Positions 15,423-27,856 of a DNA stretch of 64,000 bases are shown piece after piece. The position numbers were made by a program, and so were the translations under genes. The DNA is from Catajapyx aquilonaris (lineage: Eukaryota), in NCBI GenBank assembly GCA_000934665.2, contig KZ538107.1, positions 62,001 to 126,000 of the forward strand, written 5' to 3'. The notes under the pieces are model-generated. The model searched no databases. It had not been told where the DNA came from and saw nothing but the letters and a program-made list of their open reading frames with translations. How positions within the stretch are numbered: position 1 is the stretch's first letter; the number at the start of each line of letters is the position of its first letter.

Positions 15423-15714
15423 ACCGAAGCAGTTTGGAGTATAGGGGATATGGTGTCCGACTGCTAATCGGGAGGTCCTGGGATCAAATCCCGGGGCCGG
15501 CAACTCTGACCGTAGTTTTCTGTGGTTTCCCACGGTCCTTCCAGGAAAATTCCGGAGTTGTTTCCGTAATAGGCCACAGCCGCTTCCTTCCGTCCCTATC
15601 CTATAGCAAAAAGCGCAGTAAAATGAAAGCAAGGAGTTCCAGGCAAAACAAAACTTCCCCCCTAAAGAGCCGATAGGCTGATAACGGGGTATGAATTATG
15701 AATTATTATTATTA
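15423..15714 (+). mobile_element. Full-length tRNA-derived SINE (family B)
   Basis: tRNA-like head (arm TCCGA-CTGCTAA-TCGGG, T-arm CTGGG-ATCAAAT-CCCGG), central GTTTTCTGTGGTTTCCC...AGGCCACAGCCGCTTCCTTCC block, (ATT)n tail; 14-bp TSD AAATATTTCCCCTC at 15409-15422 and 15715-15728. Confidence 0.9.
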
Positions 15715-16499
15715 AAATATTTCCCCTCTTTGCAAGTAATGCGACCAAGTCAAACTAAAACATGACAAAATTCCACCTTCCAACAAAATCCCGACACAGT
15801 CTACAAAACCTACACTGTACGTACTGATGAAACATCACAAAATAGAACAATAAGCCGCTCATTTGCGACTTTTTTTCACTAGCACAAAACGCCATTCATA
15901 ATGGATATTGTCATCATCATCTATTGCGTTGATACCGGACCGAATAAGTAGAGGTTTATTTCAAAATAATACCTTGACAGAAGCCCGCAATATGGACGTC
16001 ACTTGCGAGTCAGAGCATAAAATAGGGTTCCCGAGTTAGACCGACACCTGACGCTATCCATCAATTTGTCACTGTCTCGCCATATGACCACACTGACGCC
16101 TAGTGGTCTATCGGGGTGAATATATTTTATGCCATGTCTCCCACCGTCCCCTTTTAACCAGCCTTTTTGCAAGACAAGAGTGGCTCTTGGGTTGTCTACA
16201 CGCCAGGATGAAAAAGCTGATGAAGTGGAACAGATGAAACTAAAAATACTCATGTCGCCTCTATTTTGGCCCAGTCGACCCAGATATTTTGTGCAGTATC
16301 CTTCCTTCTAATTCATTTCTGATTTTCACCCTCCCTCCCCCGCTCAAAAAATGACCTCTCTCACTATCCCCCGTACTATGACTACACACTATTACGCCAT
16401 AGTAAAAAGCTCCGTGTGATCACAACCGGCCGCAACATCACACAGTGTCCTACCCCCCCCCCCAAAAAAANATATATAGTACCCTGACTTTGTCCACCC

Positions 16500-16823
16500 A
16501 ACCCGGCACCCACCCACTCAGGCCCGGCGCCCGTCCCCTCCCAACACCCCATTCAAGAGGAGGCTTTTCCCTCCAGATGGCCCGGGAATCGAGAGCACCA
16601 TCGATCGGGGGGGTCCGAAGCGAGGCCTCGACGACGTCGGCAAAATGGTGGCGGCGGAGGAAGCAGGCACATCGGCGCCGCTTCCTCGCCGGGGGCTGCC
16701 CGACGTCGAGCCACTGATAGATCTTCCGAAGTTTGTGATCTGAAGTCTAGCTGTCTCACCCGTCCCGCTGCCCCCATTTTGACCTATACAACCTGTGTTG
16801 TGTCCCACTCCGGAGCTGTACGG
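16500..16823 (+). promoter_or_regulatory. CpG/GC-rich island; candidate non-coding 5' exon of the loaf-like gene
   Basis: Locally very GC- and CpG-rich; ends at a strong donor CGG|GTAAGT (GT at 16824); the first coding exon has an acceptor at 21416 that needs an upstream partner. The linkage is inference. Confidence 0.35.
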
Positions 16824-19632
16824 GTAAGTAGAGGTGGATGACCCGGATTGACCCCTGAGGGTTCTCCCCCACCCGCGCTTTTTTGGTGGGTGCAATCACC
16901 CCCGAATATACCCGGCCTTTCTCCCCCCCNAAGGTAGCTACCCTTAACCCCCACCTCATCCCCACCCCTCTGGCTACACCACCGCCCCAATCACCCTCCC
17001 TAGACCCCTCCTTTACCTGATTTGCTTCCTGTGACTCCGGCACTTTGCCAAATCAGGTACCCGCCCACGTACAGGTTTGGATGAAACTTTAAACGGGATT
17101 CGGTCAAGAGACGGTGGGTGGTCTGTGTGTGTGTACACACAGGTTGGAAATAGTCCCGTGTCTCAAATTTTCGGCTAAAGAAATTGACCCGGTGATTTTG
17201 AGGAGTGTGTATCCAATATGGCTACAAAAAATTGGCTAATGGATGAGAGGCGGAGGTATCATTATTTTGGCAAAGCTGTACCTTTGATTTTGCATAATTG
17301 ATTGCGCAGAGTTGACTACAGCGTGTCTGGAATTAAACGCTCTGCCTTTCTGCTGTATATAGGGATGCAGTTTCTTTCCTTGTGGAATCAATGGCATTAT
17401 TGACATAAGCTACTTTACGCTGCCATTGCGCGCTTCAAAATCCTGCATGTCTGTCTGCTCGCCCTTTTATTTCAATGAAAGCTGGTCATTCTTTCAGGAA
17501 TGGACATGCGATATTTCAAAGGTTTATCTCCTCCGGCACACTATTCCAATGAATATTTCATCCATACTGTAGTACTTACTCATAATAGTATACTATACCT
17601 GGCTAAAATAAGCACACATAAGCACAAGCTTACACTATAAGTCACTTGTATACTTTTTTAATGCTATGGGACGCCCTCCAACTGGAAGGCCTTTCACTTA
17701 CATTAAGAGGGTGTAAGCCGAGTTTGACCCGAATCTTCAGTAAGCTGATCGGCACTATTGGTTGCCACAAGCTCAGAGACTCGACCCAAGAATTCCCATA
17801 CCTGAAAAAAAAACCTGGCTGCCATCTTGAAACCGGCTTCCAGAAAATCGTCATGCAAATGGCGCCTCTTTTCAGGAAATCTTCCAACCCCCTCCCCCCC
17901 CATACCGCGTGATGAGTTGCCAAAAGTAGGGTGTCGTAGGTCAAGGTTCGCCCGTCTCTCCCCTCCTTCTGAATATCAAACGACGACTGCAGTCATTAAA
18001 TATGAAATCAGGCCAGATGTGCGTCAAAAACCATTTCTAGACTCATGGGCACCGCCTGGTTTTTGAAAAGGGAAGTAGAGCAAGCTCGACATTAATTGCA
18101 TGTGCGAATTCCACCTAACACTTGGGTCGCATTCTCACCCACGCATGCGAGAAGTAGGGGATGGAGGTGTTTCCGTCCCTGTGGAACGTATAGCCATGTA
18201 GGTTGAGCCAGTCCTTTTTCTGATTGGGTTCGTGGTCACCTCCAGCCGAGTCCATTTGTGAAGGAACTGAAAGCTGAAGCCCGGGTGAATGGGGCGGGTG
18301 GGACGGGGGTATGGGCCCTTGCGTGCACGGCCATTTTGCTATGTGCCTATAATAGCCATCCGTGACAGCAAATTGTCCCCCTTTTTCTTTCTTTTCTTTT
18401 TTTCTTTTTTGGTTGAACGACCCACACCAATCAAAGATTCAGGCTTGGGGTCCCCCGGAAGAAGTATATCAAACCTTCACCCAGCCATTGTCTTACTAAC
18501 GGCGAGTGCAAAGACCTAGATTTTTGGCAGGTGCACCATATTATTCTTAGCACCAACCAGCTCTAAATAAGCACGTTGGAATGCAAATATTTACACAGCA
18601 CCACAGGTGATTATTAAAGTGTTAAAAATATAAATTAGTTATAAATTAACTGCTTGGTCGTATGTGTAAAAGGTGTTTAAAAATTTAGCTACAATCAGCA
18701 AGTGGTGGAAAAAAAAAGCCGGTCGTTGTGCACTGTATCATATGGCGATTATGGTCTTCCACAAAATGGCAACGCAGCTTAAACCAGATACGCTCGTACA
18801 TTGTCAAATCGGGACAGGTAGTTTTAAATTCGCGCCAGGTAAAGGATTCCGAGATTAGAACTCTTCTGCGGCGGCGTGGTCAGTGTGCGTGCAGGCCACA
18901 AGCGGACCGTCCGCAACTTATTCACCAGAAGGTAGCCTATAAAACACCACGTATAGCCACCGCAGGAAGTATTTGAAAGGTGGAGTGAGGTTAGTGGTAG
19001 AATAACAGTTTACATAAATATTTTTTTTAAACCGTTTAGCGTATACTCCGTGTACAACAATCAAATAATTCTGTGAGGTACTGTAGCCCTCATTCATTTA
19101 TTATGCTCGTGGTTAATGACTGGAATGGTCTATTTCAAAGTCCAGTGTAATTATACCAGGCTGTTCTGTACGGTAGTGTATAAATAATTTGAATTCTATA
19201 TAAACCATTTATCACAGTTGCTGGAAATTACCTAGCGCCATGTGGGGGTTTGTATAAAGTAAATGGAGGGAGCCGTATTTTGATGGTGTCGTAAAATTAG
19301 CTAAAAATTCTTTTAAAATGACCCCTAAAACTAAATATGGAATGAATAGTTCTGTAAAATGCAAAAATATCGAAAGTAAGATATGTAATGTATTCAAAAA
19401 TGAAATTCAACTGGTGGTTTTTTAATGTACCGTATTTATTTTGTGAGATGTAACGAAACAATGGTAAAAATATTATGTGAATCTCGCCTCAATTAAAAAT
19501 TGTCATTCTTGCAATGTGGCATTGACATAATATTGCCTGAAGTTCATTGCGATATTCCAAGAAAAAATTAGCCCAGTTGAATTCTTGCGAGTTAGGATTC
19601 ACATTACGGAGATAATAATGGCATGTTGAAAA

Positions 19633-19944
19633 GGCGGAGGGAATGCGGCGCTGAGGTAAATGTAAGCCTACACGCCCACGGATGGAAGTGTCCCGGGTTC
19701 GATACCAAGCCAGAGGTTTCTTCTTCGGCTTTCACCTCGGGCGAAGTTGGGTATGCTCCTATTCTGTTTGGCTAACCACCGGGAGAATGAACAAATGTTT
19801 TAACCATGATAATTACATCTGCATCTCCTAGTCGCACCTTCCCTGCTTGTGTGTTACGCAAAAGGTTCCATGTATCATTGGTCAATCAATAAAGGTCTGT
19901 GTGAAACCTCGGTAGAGGTAAGCACTCTACCCTATATCCTACCG

Positions 19945-19996
<52 letters not shown>

Positions 19997-20013
19997 GTTG
20001 TTGTTATTATTAT
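19633..20013 (+). mobile_element. tRNA-derived SINE (family C), diverged copy with (TTA)n/(TTG)n tail
   Basis: B box in CCCGGGTTCGATACC; ACGGATGGAAGTGTCCCGGGTTCGA and the 3' ACCTCG...AAGCACT...ACCC match the copy at 63495-63799; tail 19947-20013. 5' boundary approximate; no TSD found. Confidence 0.7.
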
Positions 20014-20728
20014 TGGTTCAGTTTAGTTTCACAATACATGTCAGTAATAGGCGTCATCATGTGCATCAGGTTACCCATGCAGCAGGTGTGGTTGAGAGGA
20101 TGGTGGAATAATCGGCAGGATGAGCCCTATATTGCTGACGTGTGTGACTTACCTTAAGATGCCAATATCTTCGTAATGATGCCGAAATCACTAAAATCAA
20201 CTAGGATATTTTGGTTTTCTTGGAATATGGCAACAATCCTATAATTTGAAAGCCAGATAGATGTCATTTTCGCAACACCCTGTACCCGGTACTGTATATT
20301 GACTCTTGTAACTTGCATTTTCCCATTCCTAGTTTCAAACAAAGGCTTTGCTTTCACAGTGTTTAAGTTATAATTTTTTTAAAGGACTTAGGTTAATTGC
20401 GAGATGGTAATCGTTACTCTCATGCTTACGCAAGAGCAGTTCTGGAGGGCAGCTTAAAGTACGCATAAGCGGAATTTTAAAACTAACTGACAGCTGCGAC
20501 GGAACTTTTTGGACCACTCTGCATAATTAGCATAAAAAATCGGTAGTTTTTTTACGGCGTTAAATTACCGAAGATGAATGCTCTGTTCTTATACACAGAA
20601 GAAATAGCAGAGCCCCCATTTTTGGTCCGACTTGTGAGACTAATCCTTGGTTTAGCAAAATGAGATTTTTTGGGGGGAACTGAACTGCGCCTTTGGGTAC
20701 TTGGAATATATTCAGTCTGTACATTATA

Positions 20729-20964
20729 CAGTGGGCCCCCGGTTATCCGCGTTGGTGTCAAGCCCTCCCGCGGATAAGTTAAATCCGCGAATCAACAAAA
20801 GCTGCTGACAATAAAATGAGATGGTTATAACAACACTAATATAATCACTGTACTGTATTGAAAAATATATCTCGGTTTTTTTAAATTTCATATTTGAATT
20901 TAATATTTATTTAATATTTTCAAACCGTGGATAACTTAAACCGCTGATAACCGGGAGCCCACTG
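20729..20964. mobile_element. MITE, Tc1/mariner-pogo type
   Basis: TIRs CAGTGGGCCCCCGGTTATCCGCG / CGCTGATAACCGGGAGCCCACTG, TA on both flanks (20727-28, 20965-66), AT-rich interior. Confidence 0.85.
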
Positions 20965-21462
20965 TATAATTATGTGACAGGCAATGAATGAACTGATGAA
21001 TAGCCTATTAACGAGGGAATTTCCGAACGTGAAGTACGTATACAGTAATTGTACCTGATCAGAGGGAGCACTATCATGCCATAATTTCGAAATAACCACC
21101 ATGGAGTTGTGTATATAGGCCTACAGAAAGCTAGGTTTTGTCCAATGACCGTTTTCCGGATTGGAAGAATTCCAGGGTGTTGGCAGAAACTCCCCAAGTC
21201 AATGATACGCATCGAATCGGGTTGTGCTTCACCTTGCAGTGCAAAGTATCATATTTACAGGCTTTATATCCGACTCCATAGTCCAACTTTTAAAACTAAT
21301 TTCCTGCAAACCAATCATATAGTTACAATACTATCTTTGGCAGCCACTGGGGGTATCACGATCATATTTATTATATCCTTCCTCCAGTCCACAATCAGGC
21401 TTATTCTGCTCTGCAGGATGCATCCTAGAAGCCAGGCTGCCATTCCGTAGGCCATTTCGAAC

Positions 21463-21619
21463 ATGGTCGGGTGGTTTGCCCCCAACATGGCTCCGTCTTC
21501 TTCCGGAGTCCTCACGTCGCTTCAAGCGCCCGGATTCATCCGGAGGCTCCACTTCCTCACCATCCTTCTAGCGCTCTGGCTCGTCTCTGATGGAGCCAAT
21601 GCAGACCGCAACAATGTCT
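21463..21619 (+). CDS. loaf: CUB-LDLa membrane protein, coding exon 1 (signal peptide)
   Basis: MVGWFAPNMAPSSSGVLTSLQAPGFIRRLHFLTILLALWLVSDGANADRNNV: hydrophobic core then A-N-A cleavage motif. Acceptor ctctgcag| at 21416, donor T|GTGAGT at 21620 in phase 1; T+AC gives Tyr on joining 40443. Second in-frame ATG at 21487 in CCAACATGG context. Absent from the ORF track (<60 aa). Confidence 0.82.
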
Positions 21620-24572
21620 GTGAGTAGACCTTTCTTTGTTTCAAACAGTTCGGGGGCAATGGGAAGGGGAATTCCCCAAACAGTAACGGGTATTCCCCGC
21701 ACAATGGGAGGTGAGTGGGTTGGAGAAAATTTGAGCAATTTTCAAATCAAAATGGGCCTTAAAAATTGGGGATGTAGGCGGTAACAATGTGTTCATTAGC
21801 TACACTGGACGTCGTCTTCGTGGGAACATTGGTCGTTGCCTCTTATTTGTAACGGCCACAACGAGAAATAAGCAAGAAGAAAGGGCATCATGTTAAGGAT
21901 GAAGGTAAGATGTTACATTTAGGTTTCAAATCCTCCGGGATAAGGAAAGGATCTGTTGGCAAGTTTGATAAGTAAAGCCTTTTCGCTTCTTCTCGACACG
22001 AAGCGAGTTGGAAAAGTCTGGTGAAATCAGCTAAAGTTCTCATAATTACGTCGGGAAATCAGAAAGTTTTGGTGCTGCTGCATATAGATATACACTATAC
22101 GTTCACAATAGTCCAATTTGTTCATTTCCACGACCAGTTTGGGATCGTTTTGTTCCATTGTTTTGAAAAGTGGCGGAGTGAATACAAAATTGTACGATTA
22201 GTACTCTTGTTGACAATTAGCGTCACTAAGGGTGTATGATATGTTCGGAATTCTGTAAATTCCTTTGCACCGCAATCAAGTTGTGTTGCCAACAGCTGAG
22301 ACGCAAAAATCGTTTCCTATCAAACAAAAAAAGAGAGAGGAGAGGACCGAAAATACATAACTCTACATTTCAAACTAATAGAATTGGAATCGGGAAGAAA
22401 TACAATCAGGCTTCCGTCGTGATCAATTTGCAGGCAGCTCCAACGGGTTTCGAATAACTGAAAAGGATCGATCCATCTGTAACACTTCCTCTAAGGTTGG
22501 GCTGTATAAAAAGACATCCGCAGAATACCAAAGTGGAAAGTGGGTAGTGGTAATGGGCTTTAGAGATGAAGGGATCTGACGAGAGAAACTTAATCTGTGG
22601 TCCTGTGATACATTCCAAGAAGGAAACAGATCAAACAAAGAAAGTGCGAGTCTGTCGGAAGGGAAACCCTTCAAAGTTAATACTGTACAAGTTGTCATTT
22701 TTTTTTCTTCTCCACAACCTTGTAGCACCAGCTATAATAGGAAGTCTTCAAAGTGTGTAATCCTTATCAGCGTAAAGCGAAGGCAGAAACAAAGAAGACC
22801 TACAGTTACAGCAGTTACAGTGTATTTTATGAGCAATTTATGCACGATTTTTCCTTGTATACAATGGGAGGAAAAATGCTATTACGATCAGAACACATTG
22901 ATTCAGCTATGTATTGCGTAGAGAAAAACAAGGCGATTGGTTCTTATATTGTTCTAACGGTTGTAGCCTAATATAGCAATTCCTCATTTCCTGAACTGTC
23001 CCAGTGGGGGTAGGAGAGAGAGGGAAAGAGAGAAAGACTCAAGTGGCGTCGGCAGAAATAATGGCTGCCCAGGTTGTGGTCTGCTCAAAGTGGACACGGA
23101 AAGTTATTTCCACGTCACTTGAATGTAACCACATCCATATACAGTGCACGTTACAAAGAGGCCGGACGACGCATCATTATTTTCCCTTAGTAGCGACACA
23201 GCATTGTTTTGTCACTTAAGATTGGCGATTAATTTGACACCCATATATCCCCGCTATTTCGGCCCGCCTCTAAAAGGGGATAAAAGTATAAAGGCGTTTA
23301 GTTATTGTGATAAATAATTGAGCAAATAATTAAAGCCTACTCTCAATATTGGTTTTGTAAAAAATACATCAAACTCGTGCCAATGTTTTTGGCATAGACA
23401 AGCATAATTTTGCTACTCTGGAAAACCGATGTAAAGTGACCGCCATATCATGATGTGGAAACCGCAATTCTGTGTGCGCAAAAAATTGCGGGATGTCCGA
23501 AACATCAGCGAAATGAAACTGTTCGGTCTGATCCCATGTTAGTTACTGGTAATGAATTTTTAATTATTATAGCCATTAACAATTCGTACCAGTGTTTAAG
23601 GCCAACATCACAATACGCAAGCACAATAATTTTACATGCAGTTAGTATACGTCCCCTTTGAGACAGGTCTTTCTAAATATTTTTGATAGGGAGGTGGGTA
23701 AGTTAAATACATTTGTTATTGTAATGAGGCATAATTACGTGCTCCAAGAGGAGTCCTATAACAGGTTGTCCGCCGCCAATTGTTTCATGAAGCCACTTTT
23801 AACAATGCACAATGAAAATTTAAGCTATGCAAAACTGCGTCATTGATTTATACGAATTACGTACTCATCTAGGTCAATTTGATTACGAATCATTTGGATT
23901 TCATCCATCATTTGAAATGACGCATCATACAACCTGAGGAGTCTAGAATTATTGGATGCATGGAATTATGTCCCTACCGGGTGTTTGGCGTACTATTTTT
24001 ACATGAAAACTTCGAACTTTGCATCCAACATTATTATAACTGCCAAGAATATTCAGTGGATAATGGACATAGCCCATGGAACTATCTGAATCAGTCGAGC
24101 GATAGTTCAGTGGTAGCCAGCCAGTCTTATAATTTGGAGTACCGAGTTTACATGATTACATCACCAACCTTCTCGAAAAAAATCGCTTTAAAAACTATAA
24201 CAATGTCACATAGTCTCCACCGGTCTCCACTATGCCGCTACTGAATCGAGGATATTGAACCCCGCTCTGATGCCACCGCCCTCTCTCACCTCTCGTCGCT
24301 TCGACCTTCGTTACCTCTATACTCGGACTCACCCCTCCACTGGGCGCCAATAATATAAAAAATGCAGTATAATTTTATACGAAAATACAACATTTTTATT
24401 CCTATCATTTATTTTAAGTTTCGTCACGTAAGGCGTACCATGTTACGCTTAAAATGTATATACATAACGAATTAAAGCTGGAGGGTGCATTTCAGTAATC
24501 TCATATACTGAGTTCAACATTAAAAGGCCCTCCTGACCCACCGCCTTATCGTAATGCCACCCAGAACTATCG

Positions 24573-24732
24573 CAACGCAAATGTGGCAACTTCGGGCGAT
24601 AAGGCTCTCGCGAAGACGCGGAGTTGTCAAGTCATGAGTATCATACCGAGATACCTTGTACCAAATGAATTACCATGACAACACCGCGTCTTCGTGAGTA
24701 TCCTATCGCTCTGAGTTTTCCTGTTTGCGTTG
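24573..24732. mobile_element. Degenerate hairpin MITE / inverted repeat
   Basis: About 57-bp imperfect arms: CAACGCAAA...GAAGACGCGGAGTTGTCA (24573-24629) vs TGACAACACCGCGTCTTC...TTTGCGTTG (24676-24732). Confidence 0.65.
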
Positions 24733-27700
24733 GGTGGTTTGTAGTATTAATGTAAAGCCATTTAAGGTTTATCACAATATATAAGTAGGCGTTTACGGTA
24801 CGGTATGAGATATACTATAGTATACACTACAACAATTTTTCGTCCTTATCTGCGCATAGTCAGACTAAGAGTGTGTGCGCTTTCATATAGGTCAAAAGTC
24901 AAAGAGGGTTTGTAGGAGCTAATTGCATATCCTCATTCATCAAGCCGAACACAATTTTGATCAGTTCACACACTTTTCAGGCCCATTTACAGCATTATAC
25001 TTCAGGTCAAAGCATCACTCGAGCGACTAATGTCGTTTGTGGTCACAAAATTGAGAGATCCGCATTTGGTAAATGAAACCTTTATCTACCTTAATTTCAT
25101 ATTCCTTTCTCTGCCCACACCGTGCGCGAAAATAGATTTTTCTGGATTTCTAAAACCGGCCTTTCGAAAATTCGTGAATGTTGCAGTCTTTCCTTTCGTG
25201 TCCGACACGTAAAAGGTTGAAAAGTTCGTGGGACATTTCAGTGAAAGGGCAAATTAATTATCCCCAGTTAGGGTAATTCATTCCGTGATAACTAGACCTA
25301 TTTGCGTCAGAATATATCTTGCCGCTGAGAGACTGGACCTTTTTTTTATCACGTGACACTCATGTGAGCCCCAAAATTGCGATTAAAATAGACTGGTCCG
25401 TTAGTATATTTCATATATAAGCATAAATGCGATACAACATTTTTTACGTGCCAATATTCATGTAGACTGCAGTACGTCATGTATTATAAAATATGTTGTG
25501 CCAAAAAAATATGCACAAAGGATCATGTATATTTTCCAAAAACATAGAGTATCACTTCAACTTTACTGTATTATCAGCAGCTAACAGCAAATGAAACTGC
25601 GCATGGATAGTAAACTCACGTTGCATAATTAATGACTCCAGGTAAATGGTCAGGTGGGGAAAAGGAGAAATGTATATAGGCTGCATAAGGCAAACTGTTT
25701 CAAATATCTACGCATAGATGTAGGCCTATATAAACACATTAGTAATACTATAGACTTTATATAGTGTGGCTTTGACTATTCCTCTAGTTGCGCTTTTGTA
25801 AGCCCGGAAGACATTGTAAGGTCCAACTGTAGTGCAAGAAGCTCCTGGGTATCATTAACTTTGCAACACTTTGCAGGGCAGTGCATGTCCTTTTGAATTT
25901 CACCTCAGGGTCTAAGTGAGGCAAAGAGGAGAGAGCTGCGAAGGCAACTTATTAAACATGCATGAAATTGGATTTGGCATGGTATATCCAAAACACTACA
26001 AGCTCACAGACTGCAATAAGCAGAAATAATATCGTTGATAACCGGCTCCTATAAATCTACATGCAGGCTTCAGAGCTATCAGGTGGTTTCACTGAATCAC
26101 ATGAATCGACTGCCGAACACTGTACGCTACTATTTCGGCAATAAATTATGCACAATGTGCAATGATAGCCGCTGCAACTGCAGGTCATCAGAGGGTTTCT
26201 CAGCAGTGCTGACGAATATGGGAATCCCCATAACTCACCAGCTGAAAAAAAAACCTGTTCATTGTCATATACTGCCCCGATTCACTGGATATAATCAAAA
26301 GCTAAGTGCGTCCTCTGGTGCCCCGCTCCCCAACGGACCTTTCCGTTTCGACCGGTACGCTTGCCAATGACTCAGCCGCTTTACAATTTCACTCCCCAGG
26401 CCCTCGGACAGTTGACAATTACTTTGGTCCATTTGTTGTGTGCGTCGAGAGCTGTCACGACTCCAGAGCGAGTCCTATATTATTATAATTGGCGCTGCGT
26501 GACTTGCACCACTTTGGAGCACCGAGTGCCGGTGGTGCATTTTGTAACCGAGTTACAAGAGCGCATTATGAACTTTAAACAGGAGACAAACTAACTCCCG
26601 TACGAGGCTTTTGCTACTAGCCACATCTCTGTGGTCCAATAAACGAGAGGAGTTGCAGCTAAGGATAAGTGGAGATAATTTTGCTTCAGTGATAACTTTC
26701 CATGTATGTTATACACAGCCAGAATGACATCATGCGTATGATGGTGCATGCATACATTATTTTTTTGCAGTTTGCCGGGAGGGGTTGTAGAGTACACCGG
26801 TGTTTCCAAAATATTCACACTCCGTATTATCCGGGAGCCCGATTTAGCTGGCTGGGGCTATGGTCTGCCTGAATTATTCAAACAGATCCATAGTGCGCAA
26901 ACAAGGTCAAGCTTTGCGCCAGCTGCAGGCACAATTTATTTCTACACTTCCTCGTAATTATAGTGTTTCGTTTTATATTTGTAGCTAACCGAGTGCTCCC
27001 AGCATCTGCACTCGCACTTTACAAATCTGCAAAGTTTTGGTCTGATGTTTCCGGAATGAAGTGTCAGGAGCAAGGCGGGGGCAGATTTAGTCAAAATGTA
27101 CATCTTCACTTTTGCGTGCTGCATTTTGACAGCGTTCTAGGGAAGTCGGCTTTATCATGGCACATTCATCATCACAGCAGATTCACTTTTTTATGGGTAA
27201 CAATAGGTTCGTGCAAAAATAGAAACCTTTCCACGTAAAGTCATACATGAGTTTCCATTTGTTTCACCGGCTTCCGTTTTAGGAAGAATATTGGAGGCTT
27301 GCAGAGCAATGAAATTGCTGGAGCTACATCCTACCTACAGTAACCAAATCCTGCCTGGCGTATAGCTAAATTTAGCCGGAACTAAACAAAACTAATATAT
27401 CCTCTTTCCACTTACACTAATCATAAACAGGTCACGTAAACAGGACCTGGATGTTGTATAAACCAAACGCTTGCCATGTTCTACGCATAACGCAGTATAT
27501 CACGTATACAGTATATTTTTCTCGATAGAAAGTGTTAAAAATAGGCATAGGAAGGTGTACTGACCATATTGCACCGACTTTGAAACCATGCGCTGTAGGG
27601 AGTGGAGGGCGTGTTTGCGAGAGAACATTGGGAACTAATGATTTAATGATCAGGTAGGCATTAGGCCTCCCGCCCGATCATCGATTCAGGAATAAAATAA

Positions 27701-27791
27701 AACTAGATACCATGATGGGGTTGTTCGCCAGAATAAATCATTGCACCTCGCATCCTGCCATCCCAATCTGTGTACTCGATTCTCATCATTA

Positions 27792-27856
<65 letters not shown>
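27792..27856. repeat. (TAC)n microsatellite
   Basis: Perfect trinucleotide run seen directly. Confidence 0.97.

Noticed and set aside
19849..20157. Poly-Tyr ORF (also the poly-Leu and poly-Tyr ORFs at 30974-31511)
   Set aside because: Translations of (TTA)n microsatellites in a SINE tail and at the Helitron flank.
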